From: Octopus sinensis
Taxonomy: Eukaryota
DNA: 64,000 bases
Direction: 5' to 3'
Assembly: GCF_006345805.1 (NCBI RefSeq)
Contig: NW_021832586.1
Span: forward strand, 1 to 64,000
A program made the translations under genes and the position numbers. Positions within the stretch are counted from its first letter, which is position 1, and the number at the start of each line of letters is the position of its first letter. Below are positions 57,729-64,000 of this stretch, one piece after another. Below the pieces are notes generated by a model. It had not been told where the DNA came from. It searched no databases and was given only the letters and a program-made list of their open reading frames with translations.

Positions 57729-58384
57729 CCAATAAAGTCTATTACACATTCCATCTCCTATTTTGTTAATACTGTTAACCCAGCCGCCTCTACGAAGTCC
57801 CAGCAATAAATCTACGGATAACAACAGGTAATTGAATCTGTGCCGGTGTTTTACATATACACGTTTATTAATTCGTTTCGCAAGATTCCTGATGTGTTCT
57901 GGCAATGTCCTTGTGTGTGCATAACCCACATTTTAAAAAAAGATCTATCAACGGTTCATTACGTGCTATAGGCTCGTAAGGCCGGTTTCCCAGAGTCTGT
58001 AGCATCCCCACCAGGACGCGACGCTGGTCCATCGAGAGATTACTTTACTTAAGATACCACAAGTATGTAGAGACAGAATAGTAAAAATGAGTACATAGGT
58101 GTAGACAATATACTGAAAATGACCTATGGTAAATCATAAATAACTGCATTTAAGAAAGAGTCTAGCAAAGATTATTTGGAATTTTAAAATACAAAGAGAC
58201 GATTTAATAAAGCTGACTTTAAATGGCAATGTTACAATTGTTCTTAAGAGAGACATTGCAATACCAAATGACTGTAATATTGTGACTGTTAATAAACTAG
58301 TCTATTATGGCATTTTTAATTACTAAAACAGAAATGATATACACGTTGTAAAGACATTGACTTATTACATATAAAATTAAATGT

Positions 58385-58965
58385 AGACACAAACATAGCA
58401 GAGTGGTAAGAATCTTGCTTACCAACCACTTTGTTCCGAGTTCAATCGTTGTGCGTGGAACCTTGGCCAAGTGTCTTCTGCTATAGCCTCGGGCCGACAA
58501 AGGCATTGTGAGTGGATTTGATAGACGAAAAATGAGAGAAGCTTGTCGTATATTACTCTTTACTCTTTACTCTTTTACTTGTTTCAGTCATTTGACTGCG
58601 GCCATGCTGGAGCACCGCCTTTAGTCGAGCAAATCGACCCCAGGACTTATTCTTTTGTAAGCCCAGTACTTATTCTATCGGTCTCTTTTGCCGAACCGCT
58701 ATGTGACGGGGACATAAACACACCAGCATCGGCTGTCAAGCAATGCTAGGGGGACAAACACAGACACACAAACATACACACGCATATACATATATACATA
58801 TATACGACAGGCTTCTTTCAGTTTCCGTCTACCAAATCCACTCACAAGGCTTTGGTCGGCCCGAGGCTATAGTAGAAGACACTTCCCAAGATGCCACGCA
58901 GTGGGACTGAACCCGAACCATGTGGTTGGTTAGCAAGCTACTTACCACAGAGCCACTCCTGCGCC

Positions 58966-58966
<1 letters not shown>
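58385..58966 (-). mobile_element. SINE S1 full copy (58551-58966) plus adjacent head (58385-58550)
   Basis: Family match. Confidence 0.85.
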
Positions 58967-59029
<63 letters not shown>

Positions 59030-59039
59030 GATATATATA

Positions 59040-59260
59040 ATTGTAAAAATGGTAAGATAACAGAAGAAAGAAAGAGACTTCAATATTTTGTAAATAGAGG
59101 AAATTTATCTGTAAATTAATATGTTACCATTATTCAATAGTCAAGTTAAAACTCTGAGTTTCGGATGCCGAAGTGGAAATCCACAACACCATCTCTTCGG
59201 TTATCTGGCCATCTGAAAAACGCTATGAAAAAATACCGTTATATAAAAGGAAATTACTGT
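59040..59260. repeat. interspersed repeat Y, second copy
   Basis: Homologous to 54484-54715. Confidence 0.75.
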
Positions 59261-59775
59261 GTTTTAATTCCGCTACTTATATAAATTAAGATTAAAAGTT
59301 CATAGTAAACACGTAAACATGGCTACACATACGCTCACATGTGCGCTCCCGCACCCACGTGCGTACTTATACGTCTTCTATGAAAACGTACACATCTTCA
59401 TTCGCATTTTTCGACAAATGTATACGCATATATATACAAACTCATACACACACGCGTACCGTAAAAGTTCATACATACGTCTATATACGCACGAGCACAA
59501 GAAAAAACATGATTAAAGGTAACAAACAGAAAAAACATAAGGAAGTATACAAAGCGTAAAAACCATGTTCATATACGGACATGCCCTTATGCACTCATAC
59601 ACACACACGCCCATATATATACATACCCGCACATATTTATATACGCATACACACACACGCATACACAAAAAAAGAAATATTCATATGCCCTCAAAAAACC
59701 GAAAAAATTGTAAAAATACTAAGTAAAAACGTCTTAAGGAATTCTTAGCGTACGTTGAGTATAAAACAAATGATA

Positions 59776-60078
59776 GAGGCGGAAAACGGAACACACGGGA
59801 AACTCTATTGCTCACAACAATCGTTTCAGGACAACCTGCATCAATCTTTTAAGTTGGCTTAAATCTACGGATAATAAGAATTTTCTGCATTAAATCCGAG
59901 CGAAACAGAGTTCATTTAACTACGTACCTTTTAATACATAAGTTAACGAGACGCTTCTGCACTGAGGTATGCATCACAACTAATTGTATAGTTTCTCACC
60001 CTCAACGGATCGATGCACGATGTGTCGAAACGATCGTTGTGCGCGATAAAGTTTTCCGTGTATTCCATTTTCCATCTC
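59776..60078. repeat. imperfect ~71-bp inverted repeat with ~160-nt spacer
   Basis: 59776-59846 is the reverse complement of 60008-60078. Confidence 0.8.
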
Positions 60079-60246
60079 TAGTGTTTATTATTATATGTAT
60101 GTGTGTGTATATGTGTTGATAGACAGATAGATAGATTTATCTATCTATCTATCTATCTTTCTATCTATCTATCTTTCTATCTATCTATCTTTCTAACTAT
60201 CTATCTAATAATAATAATAATGATGATAATAATAATGATAATAATA

Positions 60247-60306
<60 letters not shown>

Positions 60307-60371
60307 TAAAAATAATAATAATAATAATAGTGATAATGATAATAATAATAATAGTAATAATAATAATGATG

Positions 60372-60434
<63 letters not shown>

Positions 60435-60683
60435 TAATAATAATAATAATAACAATATAATAATAAGATTATATAGGACTGAGGTAACTCCTCCAGAAGT
60501 TATAGAGAAATAAATAGAATAGTGCCATAGTTATCATGTGAAATAGGTTGAACGACATTTCGGCATCTAGCGTGCCTTCCACTGGTTCCAAAATTGCATG
60601 TCAGTCTACTTCAGTTTTATTAAAAGAAATATCGGTTCAAGTAATTTTACATGATATCTATGGCACACATCTATTTATTTTTC

Positions 60684-60751
<68 letters not shown>

Positions 60752-60752
<1 letters not shown>

Positions 60753-61590
60753 TATTATCTCCATCTACTCGATATTATCCCCACCTACTCGATATTATCT
60801 CCACCTCTAACACAACACATGTAAACATGCGTGGAACATCACGATCATCCCCGACCTCAAACACCATGTACAAAGGAACTACGAAGAAATTAAATGCCAC
60901 CGATACTATTCAACCCAAGAATAACAATCGAGCGGTACGTACATTAAACTTACAACACAAAATGTACGAAAAACTACACGTGCGAAATAATGTGACAACA
61001 GAAATAAACAGACCGGTACCCTACGAAAATGACGACCGTCAAAATAATGGGCCAGACGTTGTACCTCATGTCCCGCAAATAAAACCCAAAAGACGTAAAT
61101 GGACACGTGAGGAATACATTTCTATCTTACACGCATACTTCACAGCAATGCTCTACCCAAAAAATGAAAATACAACATCACATACATATAAAATATGGAA
61201 GGAAAATAATAGAGATATAGACTTGGATACAGCAATGAACCCTAATAAATTAGCTAACGTCCGAAGATACATTCTCAAAGCCAAAAAAATATCAGAAATA
61301 GAAATAGAACATTTAACTAGAATGTGGAATCTGAAAACAGAAACAATTCCTATCATAGTAGGTGCATTAGGCATGATAAAAAAATATTCAGACAAATACA
61401 TAACAAAAACACCAGGACTTACAAACACATATAACATACAGAAAATTGCACTACTAGGCAGCACACATCCTACGCAGAACACTTTCCATACAATAACCAT
61501 CAGAGCATCACAACAAATCACAGCACATACCCAAGGCACACAGAGCTGCGCTCGGTAGTGAAGTGAAAGCACGCTATAAAAATAAAACTA

Positions 61591-61593
<3 letters not shown>
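60752..61593 (+). mobile_element. internally deleted R4/Dong derivative: 5' end and N-terminal domain fused in frame to the family C 3' end
   Basis: KRRKWTREEY...KLANVRRYI joined to TRMWNLKTETIP at ~61314; no RT. Confidence 0.88.
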
Positions 61594-61667
<74 letters not shown>

Positions 61668-61668
<1 letters not shown>

Positions 61669-61966
61669 TCAGAGACAATGCCTGAATGGCTAACGAAGGG
61701 GAAAACCATCTTAATTCCCAAATCAAATGAGACAGCAAAACCAGAAAACTACAGACCAATAACCTGTCTCCCTACAATGTACAAGGCATTTACTGCAGTG
61801 ATATCTACTGAATAATAATATAATAATAATAATAATAAAATAATAATAATAATAATAATAATCATAATAATAATAAAATATAATAATAACAACAATAATA
61901 ATAATAATAATAATAATAATGATAAAAATAATAATAATAATAATAATAAAAATAATAATAATAATA

Positions 61967-62017
<51 letters not shown>

Positions 62018-64000
62018 GGCTCATAAGGCTGTAAAGATCAACTAATGATTAATAAAGCCATAACTGAAGACAGCCATAGAAAGAAGAAAGGTCTCACTAT
62101 GGCCTGGATTGACTACAAAAAGGCGTTTGATAGCCTCCCCCACACATGGATCCTCGAAACACTAGCCATTAACAAAGTAGCACCAACAATCATAAAATTC
62201 ATAGAGCACTCTATGAATAAATGGCAAACAGTGTTACAGCTCAAAACAAACGAGGGACTCATAAAAACCAAAGTCATCCCCATTAAATGAGGAATATTCC
62301 AGGGAGATACGCTCTCTCCATTCCTTTTCTGCTTGGCACTGTCACCTCTATCTGATATGCTAAATAGAACTGGATGCGGATAAAAATGTTACGGCAAAAC
62401 GATCAGCCACCTTTTATATATGGATGACCTAAAACTCTACGCTGCAAATGACAAACAGCTGGAAACACTATTAAAGACAGTTCATGGATTTACCAAAGAA
62501 ATATATATGAAATTTGGATTAGAAAAATGCGCCAAAGTAACCATGAAAAGAGGAGAACTAGTTAAGCGTAACAACATCACACTAGATAAAACCAATGAAA
62601 TAAAAGATTTAGACCAAAACAAACTTACAAATATTAGGAATCCATGAACTAGATAAGACACACACACACAAATGAAAGAGAAGATAAAAAAAGAATATTA
62701 TAGACGAGTTAGATCAATACTAAAAACAGAGCTCATGCTAACAACAAGATAATAGGTATCAAACACTTAGCTGTCCCAGTTATAAGTTACAGCTACAATA
62801 TCCTTAACTGGACACGAAATAAACTGACCAAAATAGATAGGAAAACAAGAAAAATAATGACAGGATCTAGGATGCATCACCCAAAATCTGACATACAAAG
62901 ACTATATATACAACGTATAGAAGGTGGTAGAGGCCTTATGCAGCTGCAAAGCTACTATAAAATAACCACCATAGGACTGCAAAAATATCTACTTCTGAAG
63001 GAAGGAAAACTGATCCAGATAGCGGCAAAACACGTGCAAAACAAAAAACTGTTCTCAGTATTTCAGGAAGCTGACAAATATAAAGAAGAAATCATACCAC
63101 ATAATGAACATGAAGAAGAAGAAGAAGAAGAAGATGAAGAAACAACAAAAGCTATAAAACAAATGAAATCCAAACTAAAAATAGAACAGCAACGAACCAT
63201 GATAAAACGATGGCAAAAAGCCCCTTCATGGTAAATACTGGACTAAACTAAACGCAAAAGAAATAGACAAAGAAAAATCCCAGCAATGGCTGAGAAGCTC
63301 AGGACTCAAAGCAGAGACAGAGGGATTTTTAATTGCAGCACAAGACCAAAGCCTCCCCACCAGAAATTACCAAAAACATGTAATGAAAAGAAATATTACA
63401 AGTAACTGCAGAATATGTGGAGATGGACAAGAAACAATAAATCATATTATGCCCTGTCCTGGCTAAGAAGGAATATATTCACAGACATGACAGAGTTGGA
63501 ACTTACATACATTGGAAGCTATGCCAACATTATGGAATAACAACAGAAAAAAGATGGTATAGGCACAACCAGAAAAGGTCACAGAAAACGAGAAAGCAAC
63601 ATACTCTGGGATATGCCGATATACACACGATAGAGAAATTAAGGGCAACAGACCAGATATAGTTGTCAGAGATCATGAAGAAAAAAAAATGCTTTCTAAT
63701 TGATGTATCAATACCGGCAGATGACAACGTGTCTCTAAAAGAAATGGAGAAACTCTCAAAATACAAAGACCTGGAAATAGAGGTAACTAGAATGTGGAAT
63801 CTGAAAACAGAAACAATTCCTATCATAGAAGGTGCATTAGGCATGATAAAAAAATATTCAGACAAATACATAACAAAAACAACAGGACTTACAAACACAT
63901 ATAACATACAGAAAATTGCACTACAAGGCACTGCACACATCGTACACAGAACACTTTCCATACAATAACCATCAGAGCATCACAACAAATCACAGCACAT
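61668..64000 (+). mobile_element. R4/Dong family C copy interrupted at 61806-62016 by tactg+(AAT)n; runs to the window end
   Basis: Highly similar to 45174-47431 and has the same 5' junction. Confidence 0.9.

Overview
AT-rich, repeat-saturated eukaryotic DNA with no convincing host-gene exon. The SINE/LINE repertoire and microsatellite load resemble an octopus (cephalopod) genome; this is inferred, not searched. The dominant structure is about 17 copies or fragments of RT + restriction-like-endonuclease non-LTR retrotransposons (R4/Dong-like clade) from at least five locally defined families (A, B, C/C2, E, F). Almost all are embedded in (AAT)n microsatellites with strict strand polarity, forming long arrays (minus strand ~10-13 kb and ~21.4-28.2 kb; plus strand ~31-48.4 kb and ~60.2-64 kb). 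The arrays also carry a ~535-bp non-coding passenger element (X), an in-frame internal-deletion derivative, tandem reiterations at 5' junctions, and a recurrent 5' truncation point just upstream of the RT. Also present: three tRNA-derived SINE families, mariner/Tc1 relics, a MITE, CR1, RTE and Tx1/L1 relics, Helitron-like pieces, and Penelope-like remnants with minimal hammerhead ribozyme motifs. All calls are by eye; coordinates of degenerate elements are approximate.
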